From NCBI GenBank assembly GCA_937625935.1, contig OW569371.1, positions 124,001-188,000 of the forward strand: 64,000 nucleotides of DNA, given 5' to 3'. Both the position numbers and the translations under genes were made by a program. The notes below the pieces were generated by a model. The model searched no databases. It worked only from the letters and a program-made list of their open reading frames with translations, and was not told the origin of the DNA. The DNA is from Tetramitus jugosus. Taxonomy: Eukaryota > Protista > Heterolobosea. The stretch's first letter is position 1. Each line of letters opens with the position of its first letter. Positions 54,779 through 64,000 of this stretch are shown here, one piece after another.

Positions 54779-55206
54779 GAGACCAGTGGGGAGTTTACAG
54801 GATACGCGTGGTCGAAACAGAAATAGACTTTATGGAGTTCTGTTTCGAGAGATCGTTTGTTTTCTTGATGGGAAAGCTATTCTATCCTGAATTGATGGTT
54901 CTCCATTTTTCTCTCGCCATCACTTTGTTGTCAAGCATCAATGACGATAACGACACACAAATAAAAAAATTCCGGCTAGACATTGAACATGCATGAATAA
55001 CTCCCCTTGTGTTCTTCGAATTCACACACCACAAAAAGCCTTCGCTTGCATTTCCATCACGAGAAATGATCACAGCGTTTAGGAAAAGCTTTTTCGGCCC
55101 ACTCAACCCCCCACACTCAAAAATTAAATTGTGGCTAGATTCTCTCACAATCGAACAACAACAACAACAAAAAAAAATCAACTCACTCACTCTTCAATAG
55201 CTCATC

Positions 55207-56745
55207 ATGTCCACTGTTGCTAGCAAAGGCGGTGTTGGTGACTTGCGTCAACGCAAGCCAACTCACCAAAACAACAAACAACCATCACCAACAACTACAA
55301 GCTCTTCTTCTTCTTCTGGGAAGCAAGTGTTGGCCACTGGTTCTTCTCCACCAAGAAAAGCAAAGGACGTTCCTCCAAGTGACTCCAAGCCATTCCTCCA
55401 AGAAGAATTCATCAGTTGGTTCTACAAGCCACACACTGCCACTGTGCTCATTGTTGCCATTTGCACCATTACGTACTTTGCCTTCTTGAGACGCACATTC
55501 TCCCCTGAGGAAAACATCAAGAGAGGTCTCGTTGCCATGGTGTTCATTTTTTTGACTTATTGTTTTGCTCAGTTGCGTGACGGTGTCATGAGAAGACCTC
55601 ATCCTGCATTCTGGAGACTTGTGACTGGTGTGGGCATTGTGTACTTGATGGCCCTCATCTTTTTATTGTTCCAGTCGAGAGACGACGCAAGACAAATGTT
55701 CAAATTCCTCTATCCACAGTTGGGTGTCCAGTTGCCAGAGAGATCCTATGCGGATGCTTGTGACGTGTACACTCCACATCATCCAGAGAGTCGGTTCAAG
55801 AATTTGAAGGACACTGTGTTGGATGAGTTCATTTTGGCTCACATGGTTGGTTACATTGGAAAGGCACTCTTGTTCCGTGACTTGAAAATGTGTTGGATCT
55901 TGTCTCTGAGTTTTGAGATTGTGGAGATTAGTTTGCAGCACATTATGGAGAATTTTAAGGAGTGTTGGTGGGATCACGTCATTATTGATGTGCTCATTTG
56001 CAACAATATTGGTATCATGATTGGACTGTGGTTGTGCAACAAGTTTTGTGACTACAATGAGTATGAATGGGTCGGATTGGACAAGATTTCGACTGCAACG
56101 GGCAAAATGAAGAGAATTGCTCAACAGTTTACTCCATATTATTGGACCAGTTATCGTTGGGAGATTTTTGAGTCTTGGAAGAGATTCTTGTACTTTGTGG
56201 GACTGTTGGTGTTTATGACCATTGTGGATTGCAATGCCTTTTTCCTCAAGTTTATCCTCTGGATTCCACCTAGAAATCCATTGAACACTTTGCGTTTGAT
56301 TCTGTGGTTCTTTATCGGAATGCCAGCCATTCGTGAGTACTACTTGTACATTACGGATGAGGATTGCAAGAGATTGGGTGCCAATACTTGGGTTGCTGCT
56401 GGTGTAGCTGCCACTGAAGCGCTCATTGTCTTCAAGTTCTCCACTGGTTTGTTCGACACTGTTGCTCCACCACACGTCTGGGTCAACTGGGTTGTTTTCC
56501 TTGCAGTGTTCGGCTTCTGGTTCGTTTCCTACTTCTTTGTGTTTGGTCCACAAAAGGTCAGAGCGAACGGAACCTTGAGATGGGTGCACAACATTTTGTT
56601 GACCTTGAGCATGATGCCTATGGTTGTCATGTTCGTGACTGGATTGCCAGATTTGAAGATCTACCAGGCTGAGTTTGATGGTGCAGTGAACAACTGGATG
56701 ATTGCCAATGGGTACAACCCTTCCGCCAAGTGGATCTCTCTCTAA
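55207..56745 (+). CDS. PTDSS2: Phosphatidylserine synthase, base-exchange type (PTDSS1/2 family)
   Basis: RPHPAFWR, DEFILAH..G..GKAL..RD, NFKECWWDH..IDVLICN, CNAFFLKF.LWIPP, AIREYY. Multi-TM. Confidence 0.92.
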   Translation: MSTVASKGGVGDLRQRKPTHQNNKQPSPTTTSSSSSSGKQVLATGSSPPRKAKDVPPSDSKPFLQEEFISWFYKPHTATVLIVAICTITYFAFLRRTFSPEENIKRGLVAMVFIFLTYCFAQLRDGVMRRPHPAFWRLVTGVGIVYLMALIFLLFQSRDDARQMFKFLYPQLGVQLPERSYADACDVYTPHHPESRFKNLKDTVLDEFILAHMVGYIGKALLFRDLKMCWILSLSFEIVEISLQHIMENFKECWWDHVIIDVLICNNIGIMIGLWLCNKFCDYNEYEWVGLDKISTATGKMKRIAQQFTPYYWTSYRWEIFESWKRFLYFVGLLVFMTIVDCNAFFLKFILWIPPRNPLNTLRLILWFFIGMPAIREYYLYITDEDCKRLGANTWVAAGVAATEALIVFKFSTGLFDTVAPPHVWVNWVVFLAVFGFWFVSYFFVFGPQKVRANGTLRWVHNILLTLSMMPMVVMFVTGLPDLKIYQAEFDGAVNNWMIANGYNPSAKWISL

Positions 56746-56801
56746 GATATTGATGAGAATGACCATTTGACAAGTAAATAAATAGATCTATTCGACATGA
56801 T

Positions 56802-57480
56802 TTATTCTGGTGCAATCTTGTTCAGCTTGGTCAACAAGAGATTGACCATCTTTCTAATTTTCTGAATCTCGGATGATGTAATATTGTTCATCTGGTAACC
56901 GACCACAGCTCCTTGCTGTCGCACGAGACCACTTGTGATACCTTCATTGATCTTATCGCCCCGTATCGTTTGCAAATCGTACAAGAGCGATTTTATGCTG
57001 TGTTGTTCATTGTTTGGAAAGTCTTGACCAGCAAATTTCAATAGCTGTAAACTAATGGATATATAGTATGGTGGCAGTACAGAAAATGTTTTCTCAGTCT
57101 TCTCTGATTCCAGATAGGATCTCAGAGAGGTGGACCTCAGCCAATCAGGTATCACAATTTTGCATTTGCCTGCTTTCCTTAGCTTGAGAGCGAACCACAA
57201 TGGCACAGTGATTTGTTCGTTGGGAGACAAAGGTCCTATCGTTCCCTACACCCACCCAAGTCAAAAGAGCCGCCGAAACATGCAACAACAAACACAAAAA
57301 CGATAGGAAATGATGAGAAGCATGATTCTCTGGAACAATAACAAAAATATTGCAATAAGGAAAACTTACAGTAATGAACCGAATAGCTCCAAGTGTAATT
57401 TTAGGCAGAATGTCAATTTCTGTGTTTTCACTGATAAACTCTAGCTCTTCGTTTGTTAGCTTGCCCTCTTCTCCGAACAT
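56802..57480 (-). CDS. GINS2: GINS complex subunit Psf2
   Basis: ELEFISEN.EIDILP...FIT|GTIGPL.P...VPLWFAL.L...KCKI..PDWL, DLQTIR..KI. Intron 57369-57246. Confidence 0.92.
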
Positions 57481-57523
57481 GTTTTTGTTGTCGCTTTTTT
57501 TCACGAATTTTTGTCCGTTTGGA

Positions 57524-57548
57524 TTTGGCGGTAAAATTGAGCGCCAAA
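57524..57548. promoter_or_regulatory. Paired E2F-like sites upstream of GINS2
   Basis: TTTGGCGGTAAA (57524-57535) and GCGCCAAA (57541-57548) in the 71-bp spacer. The same 12-mer lies upstream of RecQ at 43680. Confidence 0.5.
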
Positions 57549-57551
57549 AAC

Positions 57552-60500
57552 TTAAGTCTGCCGACTGAGGAGGGCTTGCTTGAGACGTTGCATCTCTTCC
57601 TCCATTTCTTTCATTTTACGGGATGCTTGGTCCAATTCTCTTTGTTTCTGAGACTCTGAGTCCGATATTTGCTGTTGTAACTCCAGATTCTTTCGATGCA
57701 GTTCTTCGAGGTTTGTCGAATTCGAAGTTACGAGAAGGTCAAACTTGTGATTCTCTTCACTTTGCGGAGTCGAATTGCCAGCGGTGAATGCACTTGTGGG
57801 ACGAGACCCAGCTCTTGAAGAAAAACTCAACTTTCTCCAGCTTGTTCCAGGTCGTACATTATCATTGTTGAATTTGGCCATGGTTTCAAATTTGAGTGCG
57901 GAGCTTCTCAAGTATTTGATATCTTCGGATGTTACGTTGGATATTTTGTAATTCTTTGTAAAGTTAAATTCAGGAGTAAGTGTTCTCTTGTTTACAATCT
58001 TTGTGCATGTCCATTCTTGCACAGAGCCTTCATCTGCAATACTGGTATCTTCTCGATCAAAAATATTGAGGGGTATTTTGTAACGCAGGTAGACATCTGT
58101 ACATCGATCCTTTGGGATCCCTCGAGCACTTTCTAGAACTAATTGAAACTGTATGGATCGACCAATCAGATCCTCAGGATCTTCATATTCGTCAATGAGA
58201 GGTTTCCCATTCTCTGACAGTGGAGTCAACCCAGCTTTGATCTCACCAACCTTTTCTCCCTTTGAGTTAAAGATTGGAATCCAGAGATTGATATTAATCG
58301 AGTGACTAAGGCATTTCAAATTCAATATCGATATTCCCACTGAAACTTCTTGTTCCTCGATTGGGTCCCAATAAGGATCGTTCTTCTCTTCAATGATAAA
58401 GGGCTTCGTTGGATCTTCTTCCATCGACCGAGTAAACTGTTGATACAACTCTTGAATGAGATAAAATCTGTTCTGTAATTTTTCATAATGCCATACATAA
58501 GTTCGATTGGAGGTAAGATCATGTATCATGACTCCGACATCTGTTTTGACAGTTTCGGAATTGTTTTCATTAGAATGAAGATAGGATATTAGTTTCACTT
58601 CGAGCTGGACATCCTTTCCTAGTTCGGTCGCAATGGCATTTGCTTCGTTCACCATGGGAATTGCATTAATTAGTTTTTCTTCAATTTCACTTCTATTTCG
58701 TTCGTCTCTCGCTTTCTTCTTTCTCATATCCTCTGCGATTCCAATTTGTCGTTGGTTTTCTTCTTCCAGTTCTCTCCTCTTCTTCTCTATTTCTAATTGC
58801 TGCTGTTTCAGTTTTTCTTCTGACTGTTTCTGTTGAATCTCGAGTAGTGCCTTCATTCTTTCTAACTCTTCATTTTGTTGCTTCTTTAGCTTCTCCACCT
58901 CCGTACTCTGGTTCCTGGATGCCATTTCTCTCATCTCATTCTCTTTTCTCTCTAATTCCTCCTTCATTCTCTGTTGCTCAAGTTGCATCCTCGTCTGTTC
59001 CTCTTTCATTTTCTTATTCTGTTCTTCTATAGCTTTTTCCTTCTCTTCCTTTTCTCTCTGGATTTGGGCTTGCATTTCCTTCATTTTTTGTTCCAGTTGG
59101 TCATCATCAGAGTTAGTTTTCATTATTCCTGTGATTCCCTGAACTTCAGCAAATTCTCTTTGGGCGAAATAGTAGTCAATATTTGGTTCGTCAGATTCGG
59201 TTAATTTGCTAGTGTCAGATTGTTCATCAGTACTACAATCAGAACTTCGCAGAGAATTGGCACACTTAAAGAGATAGGTATGGTTACTACCAAATATTAA
59301 TCGATCATTGTGATGTAGAATGACTGAACTTTCTGCTCGTTTCCCATTGACATATGTTGCCGCTTGAGGAGAACTTGGAACAAGTGAAACTTCTCCTTCA
59401 GAGTTAACGATAAAATGACAATGATCGGGTTGAATTTTGACGCCACCTAACGGAATATCAGGTGTTTTCTCCTTACCAACTTTTCTTCCGATAGTCGTGG
59501 AGCCTTCCTTAAGATAGAATACCAGAGTTTCGCTCATTTGCTTGTCTGGATGCAAGTTGCAAATGTATGGAAGGTTCTGATTATGGTCAACGAGTAACCC
59601 AGCACTTCTTAGTACTTGGTCTCTGTCTTCAGCAATCTGAGCATTCTTGTTCCTTTTATCTTCCTCGGACATTTGCAAATTTTGAATCAGTTTTTGAGAT
59701 GCTTCTAACTCTTCTCTTAAGCGCTCCATCTCTCTTCTTGCTTCGTCATCTCCTTCTGGATTCAGATTAGTAATAGGATTGCCTGAAAGTTGCTTTCGAA
59801 GAGTTTCAATCTCTTCGCGAAGTTGTTTAATCATTTTCTCATTTGGATCTTCGTTGACCACAGCTGAATTCTTAATCTGTTTTGCTCTATTGGCATACTT
59901 TAGAGTACTTAAGGTTTCTTCATAATTCACACTGGCTGGAGAAAGAGCGCTGATCATAATAGTACGAGCGTTGCCTCCCAGACTTTCTTTCATTATAAGA
60001 GTTAACTTGCTGTCTCTGTAAGGGATGAACACTTGGTCCTTCTTCTTCCCTTTAGCCTGCGACTTCTTCACTAGTGCGGCAATCACATTTCCTAAACTGC
60101 TCAGAGACTTGTTGATTGCACAACCTTCCATCAATCGGTCTCCTTTCGCTCCAGTATCTTTCGCTCTCTCGCTACCGGCCAAATCGACAAGTGTAATTTT
60201 CGATACTTTATCAGTAGCCTTCCCTCTCTCCTTATCAACTTCTGTCTTTGTTAAAATGATTTGAAACAAGGTGTGGGCTCGAGAGGAGTTATCGTTCATA
60301 TTTGTGGCAGCCACCGTTCTGGCTTTACTTCCCTTCTCCATGAGATTGGATATCTCATCGTATGAATGAACTGCAATTTCTGATAATTCTTCGACATAGG
60401 GACCAGTGACTGGATGCTCTCTTAACTTGAGTCCATGAGCAGGATTGTTTTTTGGATTGAACAAGTCTCGAATCTCTTCGTTGTAAATCTCAACCATGCT

Positions 60501-60923
60501 CGCAACGACCTTGAACTGAATAGAGTCAGACTTTTCTTGCCCAATTCTCTGAAATATCTCATCACATGCTCGGGGGATAATACCTGGGCTACCATAACCA
60601 ACCATACTGTAGGATTTTCCTGAACCTGTTTGACCGTAGGCAAAGAGAGAAGCATTATAGCCCTTCCAAGCATTCTCCAGAACTAACTTTCCTAAGTCAT
60701 TGTACACCATTTCTTGAGTGGCATAATTCGGATCATTTTCATCATGCGACCAATACGAGTAGTCAAAAGTAAACACAGTGGGTTTTCCTGTCTCTGGATC
60801 TTCAATCGTGGTTGTCTGGCCAGACATGGATATAATACATTTGGAGTTCATGGACTTTTCACGCGAGTTGAATGGACGAACACGAACGGCCACTTTAATG
60901 CTGTCATCGGTAGAGGAGCTCAT
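57552..60923 (-). CDS. Kinesin-3 (KIF13/KIF28-like): motor, FHA, coiled coil, C2-like domain
   Basis: KVAVRVRPFN, FDYSYWS, GQTGSGKS, NDNSSRAH, LVDLAGSER. FHA region (TTIGR...TYVNG...LHHNDRLIFG). Confidence 0.94.
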   Translation of the reverse strand: MSSSTDDSIKVAVRVRPFNSREKSMNSKCIISMSGQTTTIEDPETGKPTVFTFDYSYWSHDENDPNYATQEMVYNDLGKLVLENAWKGYNASLFAYGQTGSGKSYSMVGYGSPGIIPRACDEIFQRIGQEKSDSIQFKVVASMVEIYNEEIRDLFNPKNNPAHGLKLREHPVTGPYVEELSEIAVHSYDEISNLMEKGSKARTVAATNMNDNSSRAHTLFQIILTKTEVDKERGKATDKVSKITLVDLAGSERAKDTGAKGDRLMEGCAINKSLSSLGNVIAALVKKSQAKGKKKDQVFIPYRDSKLTLIMKESLGGNARTIMISALSPASVNYEETLSTLKYANRAKQIKNSAVVNEDPNEKMIKQLREEIETLRKQLSGNPITNLNPEGDDEARREMERLREELEASQKLIQNLQMSEEDKRNKNAQIAEDRDQVLRSAGLLVDHNQNLPYICNLHPDKQMSETLVFYLKEGSTTIGRKVGKEKTPDIPLGGVKIQPDHCHFIVNSEGEVSLVPSSPQAATYVNGKRAESSVILHHNDRLIFGSNHTYLFKCANSLRSSDCSTDEQSDTSKLTESDEPNIDYYFAQREFAEVQGITGIMKTNSDDDQLEQKMKEMQAQIQREKEEKEKAIEEQNKKMKEEQTRMQLEQQRMKEELERKENEMREMASRNQSTEVEKLKKQQNEELERMKALLEIQQKQSEEKLKQQQLEIEKKRRELEEENQRQIGIAEDMRKKKARDERNRSEIEEKLINAIPMVNEANAIATELGKDVQLEVKLISYLHSNENNSETVKTDVGVMIHDLTSNRTYVWHYEKLQNRFYLIQELYQQFTRSMEEDPTKPFIIEEKNDPYWDPIEEQEVSVGISILNLKCLSHSININLWIPIFNSKGEKVGEIKAGLTPLSENGKPLIDEYEDPEDLIGRSIQFQLVLESARGIPKDRCTDVYLRYKIPLNIFDREDTSIADEGSVQEWTCTKIVNKRTLTPEFNFTKNYKISNVTSEDIKYLRSSALKFETMAKFNNDNVRPGTSWRKLSFSSRAGSRPTSAFTAGNSTPQSEENHKFDLLVTSNSTNLEELHRKNLELQQQISDSESQKQRELDQASRKMKEMEEEMQRLKQALLSRQT

Positions 60924-61043
60924 GGTTTCGATAGGAGAGGTCGTGTGGCTGTTGTTGGGTGCGTTCTCTTCTTTCTTCTGTAAATGATATTGTTGTCGTA
61001 TGATTCTCCGATGATGATTCTGTTTATTGGTCTCTCAGAACGT

Positions 61044-62372
61044 TCAAGCAATTTCAATCTTGTCTGCATCGAGCTTCTTCTTTGGCACTGGAACTTTCTT
61101 GTCCTTGGCTTCCTCTTCTTGCACGACCTGTTGAACAAAGGCAATGTATTTATGATCGTCAACCAGGTTGGCATTGGCTTCTTCCTTTGGCAACAACTTT
61201 GGTGGTTCGCCTCCCAACTCTTCAGCAATCTTTTGTGCCTCCATCTTTACTTCCTCTGTAATCTTCTTCTTTTCCTTGGCAGCCTTCTTCACATTCATAA
61301 TCTCTGGAGTTGGATGAAGCTTCTGATTCATGGCATCATTCTCCTCGTGGATGATATCTCCAATCGTTTTCTTCTCATGTTCTCCTGTTGCTCCCTCTTC
61401 TGTCGCTGCTTCTTCATCTTCAGCAACAACATCAGGATGCTCCTCCTGCTCTTCCTCTTTGATCAACTCTTGTCTCTTCTTTCTCTTGATGTTCATATCT
61501 CGTCGTTGTTGTTGAGACTTTCTCTTTTGCTTCTTCGCAGAGCTCTTCACATCATCTTCATCATCATTGTTATTCTCTTCATCTTCATCCTCTTCATTCT
61601 CTTCATGATGATCCAGTGGAAGGGCATGTGCACCTAGTTCATCCTTATCTACATTTGCTGCTTCTGCTTCTTCATGTTCCTCTTCCTCTTTATTGATTTT
61701 TTCCTCAACAACACCAGCAGGGCGACTGTTGTTGTTTTGATTTCTCTTTTGAACAGTCGCAAGATTATTTTTCTGTAAATTGGCCTTCATTTTGCCGCTA
61801 AAAAACGGATGATTGAGAATTTTTGCATCTTCTTCGTCCACTGTGACTCTATCATCAACATATTCACTATGATCATCCTGTTCTCTCTCATCTCTCGTAG
61901 CAATCAATGGTTTCTGCTTCTTTTTGGCTTCATTTACAACTTTTTGAATTTCAATTGCTGTTGAAGAAGCACCATCATCATTCTCATCATTATTCATTTG
62001 ATTGATACCCTGATTATTATTATTGTTATTATTATTGTTGTTATTGTTGTTATTTGACCATACTACTTGTTGCACTTGTTGAGGTAATGTTTCTGTTCGT
62101 TTTTGTTGTTGTTGTTGTTGTTGAGATTGATCCAGTAAAACAGCAGCTCTCTGAACAAACACTGTTTCATACAGTGTAAACATGCCTAGGATAAGAACAA
62201 ACACGATAATCAATTGTTTTTTGACATTGTTCGACAATGGCCATAAATGAGACGTTTGTTGTGACCCATGGTGATGATGATGAGGATTGTTGTTGAATTT
62301 AAATTGAGGTGATTGGTTATGGTTCATGGGTGAATTTCGCATGAATGACCGTCCTAAAAGTGCTCCTTGCAT
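61044..62372 (-). CDS. Hypothetical type II membrane protein with low-complexity acidic luminal region
   Basis: Single N-proximal TM (KKQLIIVFVLILGMFTLY) followed by poly-Q/N and E/K-rich tracts. AATAAA after the stop. Confidence 0.65.
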   Translation of the reverse strand: MQGALLGRSFMRNSPMNHNQSPQFKFNNNPHHHHHGSQQTSHLWPLSNNVKKQLIIVFVLILGMFTLYETVFVQRAAVLLDQSQQQQQQQKRTETLPQQVQQVVWSNNNNNNNNNNNNNNQGINQMNNDENDDGASSTAIEIQKVVNEAKKKQKPLIATRDEREQDDHSEYVDDRVTVDEEDAKILNHPFFSGKMKANLQKNNLATVQKRNQNNNSRPAGVVEEKINKEEEEHEEAEAANVDKDELGAHALPLDHHEENEEDEDEENNNDDEDDVKSSAKKQKRKSQQQRRDMNIKRKKRQELIKEEEQEEHPDVVAEDEEAATEEGATGEHEKKTIGDIIHEENDAMNQKLHPTPEIMNVKKAAKEKKKITEEVKMEAQKIAEELGGEPPKLLPKEEANANLVDDHKYIAFVQQVVQEEEAKDKKVPVPKKKLDADKIEIA

Positions 62373-62822
62373 ATGCACGAAATGTGTTTGTTTTCGAGTG
62401 TGTACCACTGGTACTACAGAGTGATGGGATGTTCTGTGGATGTGATGTTTGCTTGGTTACCTGTTTGTTGTGATTTTTTTGAGTCCAGATTCGGTGGTGT
62501 GAATCTTTTCTTGGACTGTTCATGCGCTTGAAACCCGTTTTTTCAACTCCGATGACGAAATTGTGGAACTACGGGAACTGACGCAACGATGCGCAATTTG
62601 AAATTTATTGACCAACGAGTCCCAAATTCACCTCCAAGCTAGTGCCAGGAGAACGTGAAGGTTACCGCACATAAAACCAATCTTGAATCAAGTTCTCACC
62701 AAGAAGTTGTCCTATGGCGCTTTATCTAAAATTCCGCTCAAAAAAAAAACTTTTTTTTTGATGATCAAAACACAAATCAAACAACAAACAACAAACAACA
62801 AACGAGAAGAGGACAACAAAGT

Positions 62823-63755
62823 ATGGCATACAGACAAAGTGACATCTCAAAGGAACAAATCCACAACGACAGCGTCTTTTGTGTCTCTTGGACCAACGAT
62901 AAAATCATCACTGGAAGTGTCAACTCTGAAGTCAAAGTCTGGTCCGTTCAACCGACCAACAAGTCATCATCCGATGCGATTCAACTCACTCACACACTCA
63001 ATGGTCATCGACTAGGAGTCAACAGTGTCGATGCTCACAATAACATTGCAGTCTCCAGTTCCATGGACAGTTGCATTCGAGTGTGGGATGTTGAAAAGGG
63101 AGTGTTGTTGAGTATGATTGAGGCACCACCAGTGGAGGCATGGACCGTTTGTTTGAGTCCAGACGGTCGACACGTTGCCACTGGAAGTCAAACCGGAAAT
63201 GTCAACATTTACAGCGTGGAAAATGGAGTCGGACAAAAGGAAATGTCTCTTGATCCGCAGAAAAAAAGCTTTTGTATGGCTGTTGCTTACAGTCCAAACG
63301 GTAGATTTGTGGCATGTGGTTTGCAAGATGGTAGTGCAACCATTTTTGATGTGAGCACTGGTTCTGTGGCTCATCATTTGGACGCTCATAGCTTGACTGT
63401 GAGAAGCCTTGCCTTTACCAATGATTCTAGTCAATTGATCTCTGCTTCTGATGACAAATCGATACACGTGTACGATGTCAAGAGTGGTTCGTTGACTCAG
63501 ACATTGTCTGGTCATGATTCCTCTGTTTTTTGTGTGCGTGTGTCACCCAACGGAAAGCACTTTGCTTCCTGTTCGGCTGATCGCAGTGTTCGTATCTGGG
63601 AATTGAGCACACTAGAGTGCATTCATGTGTTTGAGGGTGCTCACTCTGATATTGTGTGGTCTCTGGCATACAATCAAGATGGAAGCAACTTGGCCAGTGT
63701 GAGCTCTGATCTCTCTCTCCGTCTCTACAATTGTCCATTGGATGATTCCAAGTAG
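62823..63755 (+). CDS. WDR61: WD40 protein WDR61/Ski8
   Basis: HNDSVFCVSW...TGS..VKVW, GHRLGVNSV, SSSMDS.IRVWD, APPVEAWTV, CMAVAYSPNG, H.LTVRSLAF, SASDD. Confidence 0.87.
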   Translation: MAYRQSDISKEQIHNDSVFCVSWTNDKIITGSVNSEVKVWSVQPTNKSSSDAIQLTHTLNGHRLGVNSVDAHNNIAVSSSMDSCIRVWDVEKGVLLSMIEAPPVEAWTVCLSPDGRHVATGSQTGNVNIYSVENGVGQKEMSLDPQKKSFCMAVAYSPNGRFVACGLQDGSATIFDVSTGSVAHHLDAHSLTVRSLAFTNDSSQLISASDDKSIHVYDVKSGSLTQTLSGHDSSVFCVRVSPNGKHFASCSADRSVRIWELSTLECIHVFEGAHSDIVWSLAYNQDGSNLASVSSDLSLRLYNCPLDDSK

Positions 63756-63866
63756 TAGGGTGCACGTACACGTCATGTGCAATGCTTTTTGTAACACAAC
63801 AATCTTCAATAAGAAATATTAATATCATCATCACAAAATGTTTATCATAAGAATTGAAGAGAATGC

Positions 63867-64000
63867 TTATTCTTCCATGACGCTGTTATCAGTTTGCTTA
63901 ACTTCTTCTTGATCCGAGCTTGTAACACCAGTCTTTTGTGGGTTGTGCTTGAGCAGGAACGCAGCCAAGTATTCTACTGGATTTTCAGGTCTTTCTCTTA
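63867..64000 (-). CDS. DPY30: DPY-30-motif protein, 3' end only
   Basis: The minus strand reads ...RERPENPVEYLAAFLLKHNPQKTGVTSSDQEEVKQTDNSVMEE*. Not in the ORF track. Confidence 0.75.
   Translation of the reverse strand, partial: RERPENPVEYLAAFLLKHNPQKTGVTSSDQEEVKQTDNSVMEE

Noticed and set aside
55663-56766. 367-aa antisense ORF over PTDSS (likewise 17321-18136 over CYP51)
   Set aside because: Shadow ORFs caused by avoidance of TTA/CTA/TCA codons on the sense strand.
60920-61228. ORF bridging the membrane-protein gene and kinesin (possible fusion or frameshift)
   Set aside because: The upstream gene has a stop followed by AATAAA, the kinesin has a normal N-terminus, and the bridging peptide is uninformative.
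62010-62125. (AAT/AAC)n and (CAA)n arrays here and throughout the window
   Set aside because: Simple coding or UTR microsatellites with no spacer structure, so not CRISPR or mobile repeats.

Overview
Gene-dense eukaryotic nuclear DNA (standard code, about 40% GC by eye, few short GT-AG introns of 62-192 nt, CAA/AAT microsatellite-rich UTRs and poly-Q/N proteins). It probably comes from a flagellated protist; a Discoba/heterolobosean-like source is my inference only. About 34 protein genes and one tRNA-Val(AAC) are recognisable. They are mostly unrelated housekeeping genes: SF3A1, mitochondrial-type YchF and MutS/MSH1, CYP51, GCN5, NOL12/Rrp17, a BPI/LBP protein, HINT3, a GH38 mannosidase, CAF1, an AFG2-like AAA ATPase, ELP5, RecQ, NnrU, a G8 surface protein, NDUFS7, RSPH4/6, BiP, PTDSS, GINS2, kinesin-3, WDR61 and DPY-30. 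I see no mobile element, CRISPR array or rRNA. The most notable observations are: (1) an F-box-SPRY module with no usable start codon that could be joined in frame to the upstream C2-kinase by a 71-nt intron removing the kinase stop and polyA signal; (2) two frameshifts at short tandem repeats (SPRY and NnrU genes); (3) a G8-CHRD surface-protein gene bracketed by a diverged ~110-bp direct repeat; (4) an AAA+ protein with a natural Walker B E-to-Q change; (5) a Kelch/SH3/p25-alpha-like architecture; (6) a membrane-anchored GH38 with a YxxPhi tail; (7) NDUFS7 without a presequence; (8) stop codons fused with AATAAA; (9) E2F-like and UPRE-like promoter motifs. All calls come from motif recognition by eye; no searches were run.
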